DNA of 63,080 bases, the filler included. It is 5 parts of 5 records of this genome, joined end to end, with 100 filler letters (N's around TTAATTAATTAA, not from the genome) between each part and the next. Parts side by side here need not be neighbours in the genome. Positions count along the whole stretch, not along the records: positions 23,004 to 32,982 come from SRR31156797_6935; positions 33,083 to 42,695 come from SRR31156797_6956; 3 more parts are not named here. The stretch is one strand, 5' to 3'. Below the pieces are notes generated by a model. The model was not told where the DNA came from. It did no database searches and was given only the letters and a program-made list of their open reading frames with translations. The position numbers were made by a program, and so were the translations under genes. Shown one piece after another: positions 30,321 to 40,507 of this stretch. The number at the start of each line of letters is the position of its first letter. Position 1 is the stretch's first letter.

Positions 30321-30956
30321 TCACCCGAACCTCTTTGCAAGCTCTTCATAGAACGTTTCTATGTTTTTTCCTTCCAGAGCTGAAATAGAGACCATTGGAT
30401 GCTGTGGGAAAGCGTCCCTTATAGTTGAAGGAGAAGCCTCTGCAAGATCAACTTTGTTGGCAACGATCAAAAGCGGAAGGTTCCTTGCTTCCATGTTGCC
30501 GATAACGGTTACATTGACTTGAGTGAAAGGATCATCCGTAGCGTCCATGACCAGAATAACACCATCAAGGTTCTCGAGCCATTTAACAGCCTCGATAACA
30601 CCTTCGGTAGCTTCTTTGGCACGCCTTTTGGATTCAGCTTCGTCCATTCCTTGTTCCATGAACTCATGGAAATCGATCTTTGTAGCAAGACCCGGTGTGT
30701 CAATAATATCAAGGGTAATTGAACTGCCATTGGTATTGATGGTCACACCTTCCCTGCGTCTTGCCCTTCTTGTTTCATGGGCAACATGGGATACAGAACC
30801 CATGGCATCTCCTGTCCAGTCTCTTAATATCCTGTTAGCAAGAGTTGTCTTTCCCGCGTTTGGCGGACCATATATTCCTATTCGGGCATTCTGTTTGTTA
30901 AACAGTTTTTTAAAAAAGTCTGAAAAATTCCTCTTGAATGCTTTTATTACGCCCAT
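30321..30956 (-). CDS. Era-like small GTPase (OapA-like)
   Basis: GPPNAGKTTLAN, HETR, DTPG, ANKVD. Confidence 0.88.
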   Translation of the reverse strand: MGVIKAFKRNFSDFFKKLFNKQNARIGIYGPPNAGKTTLANRILRDWTGDAMGSVSHVAHETRRARRREGVTINTNGSSITLDIIDTPGLATKIDFHEFMEQGMDEAESKRRAKEATEGVIEAVKWLENLDGVILVMDATDDPFTQVNVTVIGNMEARNLPLLIVANKVDLAEASPSTIRDAFPQHPMVSISALEGKNIETFYEELAKRFG

Positions 30957-31069
30957 TCATTCCCTCCGTGAATAGCATTATATTTAGTTATTGATAAATT
31001 TAGTAGTATAAACACGCATTAGCATATAATTTTTATTATCTGAATCTGCAAACCACTTATATCTAATGC

Positions 31070-32068
31070 TCAGGAAGCTCTGGACATAGCGGAGTTGATT
31101 GCAATTTCTGCAATGTTAGATCCATAATCAGCAGTTCGGTCAATACTATCTACAACCGTACCAAGAGCCACGATAGACCCATAAGAATCAAGTTTTAGTA
31201 TGGCTCCATTTAGCTTATTGATCAAAGGAGATAATTTTGCCACCCTGTCAATTACCTGGTTTGCAAGCGCAACATCAAAGTTGTAGAGGGAATCAATTGA
31301 ATCTTCAACAATCTTCCTTGAAATCTCAGATGTCTTTTCTATCATTTCCATTATATCATCCGGAATCGGGCCATCCAGTGAAGTTGTAATTTTTGCAATT
31401 TTACGTGCATGGTCTGCAATACGTTCAATGGGACTTGCTGCCATCCTCAGGTCATGATATTCATCTATAGAAGTCTCAGCAGCATCGGGCAACCTTGCCC
31501 CGCGCAATATTGAACGGAACTGTTTCGCAATCAGCAGGAACAGGCGATCAACATCATCATCCCTCTGATCCACATCAAGAGCAAGGTCAGCATCAAGAGT
31601 TTTGATAGCTTTAATTGAATCTATGTGCATTGAATTTGATATCAGGTACATTCGCCTGACACTTTTCTTTATAGAAATCTCATCCGGGTTTAAAAGATCC
31701 TGAATAACTACTTTTTTTGCAGTTTCCTCAATAATCTCAGGGCCTATCAACTTGTAGCACATACCCCTTATGATATTTTTCTGTTCAGCAACTATTCTAC
31801 TTGCCCTGACCTCAATAATATCAGAACCAACAAGATAGGCGGCAATCATGTCCCTGGTAAGATCGTCACCCATTCTTCCGGTAACATCTATCTGTATTCT
31901 TCTGGTAGGAGGAGAGTCATGTATCGGATCAATAACCAGTTTACCATCCGGCTGAGGTTGCAATGACACCCTGGTGCCTGTTTTGATTCCAACTTTGTCT
32001 GCCCAGGTTTTTGGAAGCGAGATTATATAGGTCGAACCACCTGTTTGCTGAACTTTTCTGGTTTCTAT
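31070..32068 (-). CDS. AbrB-PhoU phosphate uptake regulator (probable ATA start)
   Basis: Frame stays open upstream of GTG 31969 as (I)ETRKVQQTGGSTYIISLPKTWA; PhoU repeats DDDVDRLF, IERIADHA, RTADYGSNIAE. Confidence 0.85.
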   Translation of the reverse strand: METRKVQQTGGSTYIISLPKTWADKVGIKTGTRVSLQPQPDGKLVIDPIHDSPPTRRIQIDVTGRMGDDLTRDMIAAYLVGSDIIEVRASRIVAEQKNIIRGMCYKLIGPEIIEETAKKVVIQDLLNPDEISIKKSVRRMYLISNSMHIDSIKAIKTLDADLALDVDQRDDDVDRLFLLIAKQFRSILRGARLPDAAETSIDEYHDLRMAASPIERIADHARKIAKITTSLDGPIPDDIMEMIEKTSEISRKIVEDSIDSLYNFDVALANQVIDRVAKLSPLINKLNGAILKLDSYGSIVALGTVVDSIDRTADYGSNIAEIAINSAMSRAS

Positions 32069-32179
32069 TGAAATCCCTCGTTTACGTTTATCAGATATAG
32101 AGTATATAGAATAGGAAGTAATATATAGATACTTCCCTGAGAATAAAAATATATATGCGCAATAATATACTTACCATCA

Positions 32180-32671
32180 ATGGTCGACATTGAAATTGAT
32201 TACAAGGATATAAGCCTTTTAAGAAAAATACTGCCTCTGGTATGTTTTATCATACCATGGGAAGTATATTTTTATAACGCGGATATTTCTAACGGATGGG
32301 GGATTAAGTTCTCAGTATTTTATGCTAACTTTGACACTACCTACGGAACTATTTTTGTGGATATTTTCAAACAGATGACCTTACTTTCTTATGGAGGGTT
32401 TCTCCCATCTGTGAGAACCCTTACATGGATATTCGGAGCGATCCTCTGTATCGCACTGGCAATCTATGAACTGTCAAAAGAGAATATAAGCTATAATCTG
32501 GAACTAAAATCAGCATCTCACATTCTCTTATTATGTGGCGCTCTCACATTTATAAGCTCAATTGCAACATGGAGTAATAATTTTAAAACAATCCCTATCG
32601 CCCCATTATTCTTTGTTGGGTTCGGATACTTACTACTGCATCTGGATAAGAAGCAACAGGTATCTAAGTAA
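32180..32671 (+). CDS. Hypothetical membrane protein
   Basis: 163 aa with several hydrophobic segments. Confidence 0.65.
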   Translation: MVDIEIDYKDISLLRKILPLVCFIIPWEVYFYNADISNGWGIKFSVFYANFDTTYGTIFVDIFKQMTLLSYGGFLPSVRTLTWIFGAILCIALAIYELSKENISYNLELKSASHILLLCGALTFISSIATWSNNFKTIPIAPLFFVGFGYLLLHLDKKQQVSK

Positions 32672-32723
32672 AAAATGAATGATATTATACTCATATTTTT
32701 CGTAAGAACTGTTGCTACTGCTT

Positions 32724-32898
32724 GTTCCAATGGAATAATACAGATAGCATGATCAGTCTGTTTTTCAGCTAAACCTCCCTAACAGAACATTGTAGCCTAA
32801 ATAAAATCAAATGACAAAATTTATATATACATATATTATGATATGGTAACATAATTAAAAGTAGGCATAAATATATAATTTATGTTCTACAGAAACGG
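32724..32898. other. Candidate archaeal replication origin (ORB-like boxes flanking an AT-rich tract)
   Basis: GTTCCAATGGAA at 32724, GTTCTACAGAAAC at 32884, AT-rich tract between them, oapAB-like genes nearby. Confidence 0.35.
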
Positions 32899-32982
32899 AC
32901 ACACACAAAGTAAACAGCCACAACCGATCTATTTTTAAATTTTTGCTGTCCGGTCAAAGTAGATATATCTTTGGAGTAGTTC

Positions 32983-33082
32983 NNNNNNNNNNNNNNNNNN
33001 NNNNNNNNNNNNNNNNNNNNNNNNNNTTAATTAATTAANNNNNNNNNNNNNNNNNNNNNNNNNNNNNNNNNNNNNNNNNNNN
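32983..33082. other. Artificial contig spacer
   Basis: N/TTAATTAATTAA/N. Confidence 0.99.
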
Positions 33083-33143
33083 CAGCTGTTAAATCATCAG
33101 CATATTTTGCTCTAATGTACTAAGATTACAACATTCTTTATAT

Positions 33144-33980
33144 TTAATTATAGTTTGATAAAGTTTTTAACAGTTCTGCTTTCATCTTTTCTCGAAGCTC
33201 TAATGGTTCTAAAATAATTGCTTCTGATAGAAACTGTCTGAAATATAGATATGCTTTCTCCTGCGAAGCTTCAAAAGTGTATATATCCTCTGCTTTTTCT
33301 AATAATTTGGGTCTGTGTATAGTTAAAGTCTTAAGAAGCATTTCACCTTCTTTAGTTAATTTCACTTTTACTTCCTGACCATTTGATAAAAAAGGATCAA
33401 AATTTTTCCTGATACTTTCCACATATTTTTTATCTTTTCTTGTTGCTTTTTCATTTAACTCAGCAATAAACTGTACATTTTTCAGTTTATAGTTCTTATA
33501 TTTTTTACTTTTTTCGCAGTAGCAAAAAACATAGTTTTCATCTCCCTGCTCTCCTCTTTTAATAAAATAAGGTTCAATAGTAAAAACATTTTTTTTATAT
33601 TTAATTTTAATTTTTTTCTTTTCTTTAATCGCATGCATAATCTTAGTGATCATATCTTCAAATACAAATAGTTCTCTTTGGTATTTAAAATTAGAACAGT
33701 AAAATTGAAATAAATCTCTAAAAAATTCAGCTTCTATTTCAACCCCGTTTGCTCTAAGAATATCATAATAGATCTCTTTATTAGCAACATTTAAGTCAAA
33801 CTGAATAATCTTCTTAAGAGGTCTCCCTTGACTCTTCAGGAGATCCGTTTGTTTCTTTTCAAATTTATATTTATCAAGTATATAGTTACATAGTTTATTA
33901 TTATTAACTCCGAAATCTTCTATATCATTTTTCATCAATCTATAGATATCTTCCGGAACTGTAACTCTTATTTTCTTCAT
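33144..33980 (-). CDS. WYL-domain transcriptional regulator with RHH-like N-terminus
   Basis: AIKEKKKIKIKY..IEPY..NYVFCY..NYKLKNV; C-terminal YFRQF..AIILEP.ELRE (WCX-like). Confidence 0.8.
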   Translation of the reverse strand: MKKIRVTVPEDIYRLMKNDIEDFGVNNNKLCNYILDKYKFEKKQTDLLKSQGRPLKKIIQFDLNVANKEIYYDILRANGVEIEAEFFRDLFQFYCSNFKYQRELFVFEDMITKIMHAIKEKKKIKIKYKKNVFTIEPYFIKRGEQGDENYVFCYCEKSKKYKNYKLKNVQFIAELNEKATRKDKKYVESIRKNFDPFLSNGQEVKVKLTKEGEMLLKTLTIHRPKLLEKAEDIYTFEASQEKAYLYFRQFLSEAIILEPLELREKMKAELLKTLSNYN

Positions 33981-34238
33981 AGGCAGTTAACTTCCTCTCA
34001 CATACAATACTGAAATATATTATAACATGCTTTTATATTTTTTTTAAGTATGAAATCGCCAGTAAATATTTAAACTATCACTCGTTAATTCTTTACTATA
34101 TTTAATAAATTTGATATAATATTGCAAGTAATACTCAAGTTTTGGAAGCTTAATAAACCTTGACAATCAAGGCTTTAAAATAAATTAGTAATTTTTAGGA
34201 AACTTTTATACGTCATTTATTATTTACAGGAGGATATT

Positions 34239-37200
34239 TTGAGACTTTTAAAAAGAAATTCATTAAGATTAAAGCTTGGAATTTCTACAATTGGAGTTAT
34301 ATTACTAACTTCAGCTGTATTAACAATATATAATATTAACTTTTTCAAAAGGCAAGCGGAACAAGAATTAAAAAGTACATTGAGCAGTAAAGCTGTTGCG
34401 GCTAATATCATGATAAAAAACAATTTGGAAAAAATTGAGAAATTAGCTGACAATATCTCTTCTGATAATGCACTTAGATTTTCTTTACAAATGAGCTTAA
34501 AAAGTCAGATAAAAAACTTTATCAAACTTAGTTCTGAAAGATATACGCAAATTGATAATATTGTTATATTTGATTCCAAGGGAAATTGGTACAGCCAACA
34601 CCCTATTGAAAAAACCAGATTGATTAACTATATCAGGAGTGAAATGACTTTGACAAATGAAACCTTTACAGGTTTCTGGAATCTTGATTCTATTCAGATC
34701 GTGTCAGCTTCACCTATAAAAGTTAAAAATAATGCTTCTATCGGGACAGTTATTCTGATCCAAAGTATCTATAGACAAGAAGAAAATTTTAAAGAAATTT
34801 CGCATGAACTGGATACCGGAGTAATGGTTTTCCATGAGCAGGATCTATTAATGATCTCTTGCAAAGAGCAACATGAACATGCAGCTGAAAAAGTATATTT
34901 CAAAAGAAATGAAAATGCTGAAAACAATAAAGCTTATTTTGAAAGTGAACCTGAAATTATCGGGGAACATTCATACTACTCTTATTATACCCCAATCTAT
35001 GATTTGGTAGGTAATGTTATCGGTAGTTTTGCAGTAACACGAGAGAGTAAGTTCTTAAAAGAAAGCATCACTTCAATTGTTAAAAATATGGCAGTTATCG
35101 CTATAGGAAGTTCAATTTTTGGAACGATTCTGATTATTATTATAACAACATTTTTCCTTAGCCCGCTTAAAAAGTTTATCTCTACATTACAAAAAATCGG
35201 TAAGGGAGATTACTCAAAAAGGGTTAGTGTTAAAAGACAAGATGAGATTGGTGTATTAGCTCTTCATTTCAATGAAATGATAGAAAAACTTGAAAACAAT
35301 ATCGAAGTAATTGAAAATAAAAATAAAAGATTAAAAGAGTTAGATAAACTAAAAGATGATTTCCTTGCAAATACATCACATGAATTAAGAACACCATTAA
35401 ATGGTATTATTGGTCTTTCCGAATCACTGCTTGACGGTATCGGAGGAAGTTTATCAAATAAAACTACGTTTAATCTGGAAATGATCACATCCAGTGCAAA
35501 AAGACTGGTTAATTTAGTTAATGATATACTTGATTTTGCTAAAATCAAAAATAGAGATCTTGAAGTTTCATTAAAAGATATCGATATCTATCAAATAGTT
35601 AAAATAGTAACTGAGCTTTGTCAGCCTTTAGTTGGCTCAAAAAATATAAAAGTTATTAATACAATTCCAAAAAATTTCCCTATTATTTATGGAGATGACG
35701 CAAGAATTGAACAAATATTATATAACTTAATTGGTAATGCTATCAAATTTACAGCAAAGGGTTCAATCACGATTAGTGCTTCAGTTAACCCTGAAAAGGA
35801 TACAGCTAAATTTATAATAAAAGATACCGGGATTGGTATTCCTGCTCATCAGCTTAGCTCAATATTTGAGAGTTTTGAGCAAGGTGACAGATCAATCTCT
35901 AGAAGATATGGTGGTACAGGACTTGGGCTATCTATCACGAAACAATTAATTGAGCTACAGGGCGGAGAAATCTACGTTGTATCCACTGAAGGACAGGGAA
36001 GTTCATTTATATTCACTCTACCTATAAGTGACGAGGTAGATCAAGACAGAGTGTTCGAAGAATCAGTAATCAGAGAACAGGTTAAAAGAGAAAAAGAACT
36101 TAAACAAAAAGTCGAAGCTGAAGAGAAAAAACATCTTAGCAGAGATGTACTTCCGGAGTTTACTCCTGATCCGAAGAAGAAAAACATACTTATTATCGAT
36201 GATGAATATGTAAACTTACAGGTTTTAATTGATCAGTTAGTAATGAAAAAATACAATCTTGATATTGCTATGTCCGGTCAGGAAGCACTGGAAAAAGTAG
36301 AAAAAAATGAATATGATTTATTAATACTGGATGTAATGATGCCAAAAATGTCCGGATATGAAGTTGCAGAGGAAATAAGAAAAAATCACTCTTTATTCCA
36401 ACTACCTATACTAATGTTAACTGCAAAAGACAGGCCTGAGGATGTTATCCTTGGATTTGAATCCGGAGCAAATGACTATATTACTAAACCTTTTGAGAAA
36501 AAAGAATTATATGCCAGATTAAATACTTTACTTGGTTTAAAACATGCTGTAGATATATCACTTGAAAGTACATATAGCTATTTAGATCAAAAAGAGCGTA
36601 ATGAAGCTCTTAAGAGTTTGCAAAATATAGCTAATGAATTTAATGCTGATTTAGACGCTAAGAAAATCCTGCTTAAAATGAGATCTATAATTAAAGAGAT
36701 AACTAATTATAAGGATTTCCAGCATATAGTCAAACGTAATGATCATTATTATAACTTTGATATGGAAACTCAAGCCATCACTGATATTTTTTCTGAAGAA
36801 CTTCTGGTTCCCAGAGAAAAAAATATCTATATAGATCTGATGGAAAAAAAGAAAACATTCTCTCAATTGAAAGATGCTGGTTATGATCTGTTTATGAATA
36901 AAAAAGAAAAAAACAACGTATTAGTTTTACCTGGTATCTTTGGACAGGATATATACGGCATAATGGTAGTAGAGCTTTCATATGATTTAACTGAAGAACA
37001 AGCTAACTTCATCTACGGAGTTGTATTCCAAGCTACTATTTCACTACAAAATGCTAAATTACTAATAAGAATCGCAGATGAAATCAGAAAAGTTGAGGAT
37101 GCGATGTTCGAACTGGAAAGAACACAAGACCAACTAATCATCTCAGAAAAAATGGCTGTTCTGGGTGGACTGGTTGCAGGTATCGCACATGAGATTAACA

Positions 37201-37883
37201 CTCCAGTAGGTATCGGAGTTACCGCTGCTTCAACACTGGAAGAAACTACTAAAAATATTAAAGCTAAATATGATAAGAATAAAATGACAAGAACTGATCT
37301 GGAAAACTATATGTCCGATGCAGATACATCATCAAAATTAATTCTTTCGAATCTTCATAGAGCATCTGATCTAATTCGAAGTTTTAAACAGATATCCGTT
37401 GACCAAAGTAGTGAAGATATCAGAAAGTTCCAAATGTCAGAATATATTAATGAAATTTTAGTTAGTTTACATCCTAAACTGAAGAAGAATAATCATGAAG
37501 TTACAGTTAAATGTGATGAAAACTTATATATTAAAAGTTATCCCGGTGCTTTCTCACAGATGTTTACAAACTTTATTGTAAATTCATTAATTCATGGATT
37601 TGAGGATAACAGAAAACATGGATTAATGACTATCGATATTGAAGAGATTGAAAACAGACAGCTACGAATTGTTTATAAAGATAACGGTAAGGGTATGTCA
37701 GAAGAGCAGTGTAAAAAAATCTTTGATCCATTCTTTACAACTAAGCGTGAACAAGGCGGAAGTGGTCTGGGAATGCACATAGTATATAATATAGTAACTC
37801 AAAAACTGGATGGTAAAATCAAGTGTATCAGTTCACCTGAAAATGGTGTTGAATTCTTGATAATCATTCCAATAACAGAATAG
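34239..37883 (+). CDS. Hybrid sensor kinase: TM-sensor-HAMP-HisKA-HATPase-REC-GAF-like-HisKA-HATPase
   Basis: [39 protein letters not shown] start after AGGAGG. Confidence 0.92.
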   Translation: MRLLKRNSLRLKLGISTIGVILLTSAVLTIYNINFFKRQAEQELKSTLSSKAVAANIMIKNNLEKIEKLADNISSDNALRFSLQMSLKSQIKNFIKLSSERYTQIDNIVIFDSKGNWYSQHPIEKTRLINYIRSEMTLTNETFTGFWNLDSIQIVSASPIKVKNNASIGTVILIQSIYRQEENFKEISHELDTGVMVFHEQDLLMISCKEQHEHAAEKVYFKRNENAENNKAYFESEPEIIGEHSYYSYYTPIYDLVGNVIGSFAVTRESKFLKESITSIVKNMAVIAIGSSIFGTILIIIITTFFLSPLKKFISTLQKIGKGDYSKRVSVKRQDEIGVLALHFNEMIEKLENNIEVIENKNKRLKELDKLKDDFLANTSHELRTPLNGIIGLSESLLDGIGGSLSNKTTFNLEMITSSAKRLVNLVNDILDFAKIKNRDLEVSLKDIDIYQIVKIVTELCQPLVGSKNIKVINTIPKNFPIIYGDDARIEQILYNLIGNAIKFTAKGSITISASVNPEKDTAKFIIKDTGIGIPAHQLSSIFESFEQGDRSISRRYGGTGLGLSITKQLIELQGGEIYVVSTEGQGSSFIFTLPISDEVDQDRVFEESVIREQVKREKELKQKVEAEEKKHLSRDVLPEFTPDPKKKNILIIDDEYVNLQVLIDQLVMKKYNLDIAMSGQEALEKVEKNEYDLLILDVMMPKMSGYEVAEEIRKNHSLFQLPILMLTAKDRPEDVILGFESGANDYITKPFEKKELYARLNTLLGLKHAVDISLESTYSYLDQKERNEALKSLQNIANEFNADLDAKKILLKMRSIIKEITNYKDFQHIVKRNDHYYNFDMETQAITDIFSEELLVPREKNIYIDLMEKKKTFSQLKDAGYDLFMNKKEKNNVLVLPGIFGQDIYGIMVVELSYDLTEEQANFIYGVVFQATISLQNAKLLIRIADEIRKVEDAMFELERTQDQLIISEKMAVLGGLVAGIAHEINTPVGIGVTAASTLEETTKNIKAKYDKNKMTRTDLENYMSDADTSSKLILSNLHRASDLIRSFKQISVDQSSEDIRKFQMSEYINEILVSLHPKLKKNNHEVTVKCDENLYIKSYPGAFSQMFTNFIVNSLIHGFEDNRKHGLMTIDIEEIENRQLRIVYKDNGKGMSEEQCKKIFDPFFTTKREQGGSGLGMHIVYNIVTQKLDGKIKCISSPENGVEFLIIIPITE

Positions 37884-37911
37884 AGATTAGAAATTAGTAA
37901 GATTTACATTT

Positions 37912-37961
37912 AAAAGTTGATACCTAACTAAGTTCGTTATTTTAGTTGGTATCAGCTTTTT
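37912..37961. terminator. Hairpin copy 1 (terminator-like)
   Basis: AAAAGTTGATACCTAACTAA / TTAGTTGGTATCAGCTTTTT. Confidence 0.7.
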
Positions 37962-37986
37962 GTTTTATATTTAAAGGAGCAGTATC

Positions 37987-38316
37987 ATGAATATTTCAGA
38001 GAAAAATCTAATTTATCTTCACCTTACATTTATTATTTTTGCATATTGGTGGACAATCTCTGCAACTTATTCTCTTGGATTTTTACTAATAGGTTTTTAC
38101 AAAATGCATGAGGATCTGATTGGCGATTGTTATCTCACAAAAGTTCAAAAAGATAAGGGGTATAGTGGACCAAACGATGATTTCTTCTACTATTTGTTAA
38201 ACAAAAAAATTGGTTTTGATCTTCCCAGAAAGATGACTTCTAGCATTCACTGGTTAATTAAAATATCAATTTTAGTAATTGTTGTAACAAAAGGAGTAAT
38301 ACAAGCAGTACAATAG
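37987..38316 (+). CDS. Small membrane protein, paralog 1
   Basis: 109 aa; HEDLIGDCYLTKVQKDKGYSG..DDFFYYL. Confidence 0.8.
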   Translation: MNISEKNLIYLHLTFIIFAYWWTISATYSLGFLLIGFYKMHEDLIGDCYLTKVQKDKGYSGPNDDFFYYLLNKKIGFDLPRKMTSSIHWLIKISILVIVVTKGVIQAVQ

Positions 38317-38329
38317 AATTAATTTAGGG

Positions 38330-38384
38330 AAAAAGTTGATATCTAATAAATTTTAAACTAAAATTTATTGATAGCAACTTTTTT
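38330..38384. terminator. Hairpin copy 2 (terminator-like)
   Basis: AAAAAGTTGATATCTAATAAATTTTA / TAAAATTTATTGATAGCAACTTTTT. Confidence 0.7.
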
Positions 38385-38402
38385 ATTTTGGAGATGAATA
38401 AT

Positions 38403-38729
38403 ATGAAGATATCTGAAAAAAATTTAATAACACTGCATTTAAGTTTTATAGCATTTTCTTACTTATGGGCAATTTCCATGCCATTTTATCTGGGAATTTT
38501 ACTCATTTTCTTACATAAAGCTCATGAGGATATTATGGGAGATTGTTATTTAACTAAAGTTCAAAAGGATAAGGGATATAGCGGAGAAGAAGACGATTTT
38601 TTCTATTATTTATTTAATATCAAAAATAACTTTAATTTATCAAGGCAAGTGACTTCTAACATGCATTGGTTTATCAAGATAACTATCGCTATAATAGTTA
38701 TGATCAAAACTGTTCTCTTTTTAACTTAA
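38403..38729 (+). CDS. Small membrane protein, paralog 2
   Basis: HEDIMGDCYLTKVQKDKGYSG..DDFFYYL; ATG 38403 aligns with the paralog 1 start. Confidence 0.8.
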   Translation: MKISEKNLITLHLSFIAFSYLWAISMPFYLGILLIFLHKAHEDIMGDCYLTKVQKDKGYSGEEDDFFYYLFNIKNNFNLSRQVTSNMHWFIKITIAIIVMIKTVLFLT

Positions 38730-38794
38730 ATAAGAATTTTGCATAATTCCTTATGCAGAGCTCTTTAAACACTAATTTTATATTTCGAAATAAC

Positions 38795-38835
38795 AAAAAA
38801 ATTCCGCTATGAATCAACCATAGCGGAATTTTTTT
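38795..38835. terminator. Bidirectional intrinsic terminator
   Basis: AAAAAATTCCGCTATG...CATAGCGGAATTTTTT between convergent genes. Confidence 0.85.
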
Positions 38836-39580
38836 ATAATTTATTTATTATACTTGCATTATATCCTGCACCAAATCCATTATCAATATTAACAACGCTG
38901 ATTCCGCTTGCACAGCTATTCAGCATAGTAAGGAGTGCTGACAGCCCACCGAAGTTAGCTCCGTATCCAACACTGGTAGGGACGGCTATAATCGGTTTAT
39001 CAACCATTCCACCTACAACACTTGCAAGTGCTCCCTCCATACCTGCTACTACAACTATAACTTTAGCATTTTTTATTACATCCATCTTGGAGAATAATCT
39101 ATGTATTCCTGCTACTCCTACGTCTGTAACTCTCTCTACTTTATTACCGAATATTTCAGCAGTTTCCACAGCTTCCTCAACTACAGGAAGGTCAGATGTA
39201 CCTGCACAAACTACAGCAATATAGCTCTCTGTTTGTTCTTGCTCTACTCTCTTAATGCTAACTACTCTACCAAGTTTATTATATCTTGCTTCCGGGCAAA
39301 TCTCAACAATAGCATCAGCCATCTCCTGACTTGCTCTTGTAGCCAAAATATTTACATTTTTTTCAAGCATAAATTTAACAATTCCAAGGACTTGCTCTAC
39401 TGTTTTACCTTCACAGTAGATTACTTCAGGATAACCTACTCTCATCTCTCTATGGTTATCGATTTTAGCAAATCCAAGATCCTTATATGGTAAATCTTCT
39501 ATCTTATCCATTGCTGAGTCAATATCAAGTTTATTATTTTTAACTTCTTCCAGAAGTTTTCTTATTTCGTCTGCTCTCAT
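38834..39580 (-). CDS. larB: Nickel-pincer cofactor biosynthesis carboxylase/hydrolase
   Basis: D.HR..R.GYPEVIY, AGTSD, DVGVAGIHRL, AGMEGAL, PTSVGYG, VNIDNGFGA. Confidence 0.95.
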   Translation of the reverse strand: MRADEIRKLLEEVKNNKLDIDSAMDKIEDLPYKDLGFAKIDNHREMRVGYPEVIYCEGKTVEQVLGIVKFMLEKNVNILATRASQEMADAIVEICPEARYNKLGRVVSIKRVEQEQTESYIAVVCAGTSDLPVVEEAVETAEIFGNKVERVTDVGVAGIHRLFSKMDVIKNAKVIVVVAGMEGALASVVGGMVDKPIIAVPTSVGYGANFGGLSALLTMLNSCASGISVVNIDNGFGAGYNASIINKL

Positions 39581-39673
39581 TTGTTACTCCTCTTTCTTCA
39601 TTAAGCAAAGCTTAAAATCAAAACCGTGCCTGCGTAAATCTTACGGTCGATTGAATTATAAATACATGATTTA

Positions 39674-40477
39674 CTACTTATTAATTTCAGAATTTAAACT
39701 ACCCATTCGATATCCTTGCATATCAAGTGTTATATATTCAAAACCTATTTTCTTAAACTCTTCAGAAATTTTATCAAATAAATCTAAATCAAATAGATCT
39801 TTTCTTCTGTCTCTGCTAACTTCTATTCTGGCTAAGTTAGCATGTTTTCTAACTCTAACAGCTCTAAACCCAAGCTTCATCATGAATTTTTCAGCTTCCT
39901 CTATCATTCTAAAATCTTCAACTTTTAACTCATCACCATAAGGTATTCTAGTCAAAAGACATGCATAAGCTGGTTTATCCCATGTAGGTAGCTCTCTCTC
40001 TTTTGAAAGTTGCCTAATCTCATTTTTAGTCAGTTCAGCTTTTAACATCGGACTAACTATCTCTAGTTCCCTAAGAGCCTTCAAACCAGGTCTGTAGTCT
40101 CCCAGATCATCCATATTTGAACCATCTATTACATAATTATATCCTTGTTTTTCTGCTAGTTTCTTAATAGTTGAGAAAATAAAAGTTTTACATAAGTAAC
40201 ATCTATCAGCAGGATTTTCCGCTATTTCAGGACTAATATCTACTTCTAATATTTCATGTTCAATACCTAGTTTTTCGGTTAATTCTTTTGCTTCTGCTAT
40301 TTCCCATTTAGGAATATAGGGAGATGATACTGTTACTGCTTTTACCTTATCACCAAGAGCATCTTTTGCAGCACTTAATAAAAAAGTGCTGTCAACTCCA
40401 CCGGAAAATGCAAGTATTACACTTCCTAATTCCTTTAAATAGCTTGTTAATACATTATATTTTTCATTTAATAACAT
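39674..40477 (-). CDS. larE: ATP-dependent sulfur transferase
   Basis: SGGVDS PP-loop, RCYLCK, DYRPG, ACL.TRIPYG, RVR. Confidence 0.93.
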   Translation of the reverse strand: MLLNEKYNVLTSYLKELGSVILAFSGGVDSTFLLSAAKDALGDKVKAVTVSSPYIPKWEIAEAKELTEKLGIEHEILEVDISPEIAENPADRCYLCKTFIFSTIKKLAEKQGYNYVIDGSNMDDLGDYRPGLKALRELEIVSPMLKAELTKNEIRQLSKERELPTWDKPAYACLLTRIPYGDELKVEDFRMIEEAEKFMMKLGFRAVRVRKHANLARIEVSRDRRKDLFDLDLFDKISEEFKKIGFEYITLDMQGYRMGSLNSEINK

Positions 40478-40507
40478 TTAAATTCCTCTTTACTCACTCT
40501 TAAATTT

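Noticed and set aside
33083-33143. GTTGTAATC...CTGATGA on the minus strand downstream of the WYL gene, as a CRISPR repeat, hammerhead or fluoride riboswitch
   Set aside because: Single copy, stems too weak and cut by the contig edge. The plus strand reads equally well as a gene end (AVKSSAYFALMY*).
37912-38384. Hairpins as integron attC sites
   Set aside because: ACCTAAC is present in copy 1 only, there is no proper GTTRRRY partner, the element is too short, and no integrase is present.
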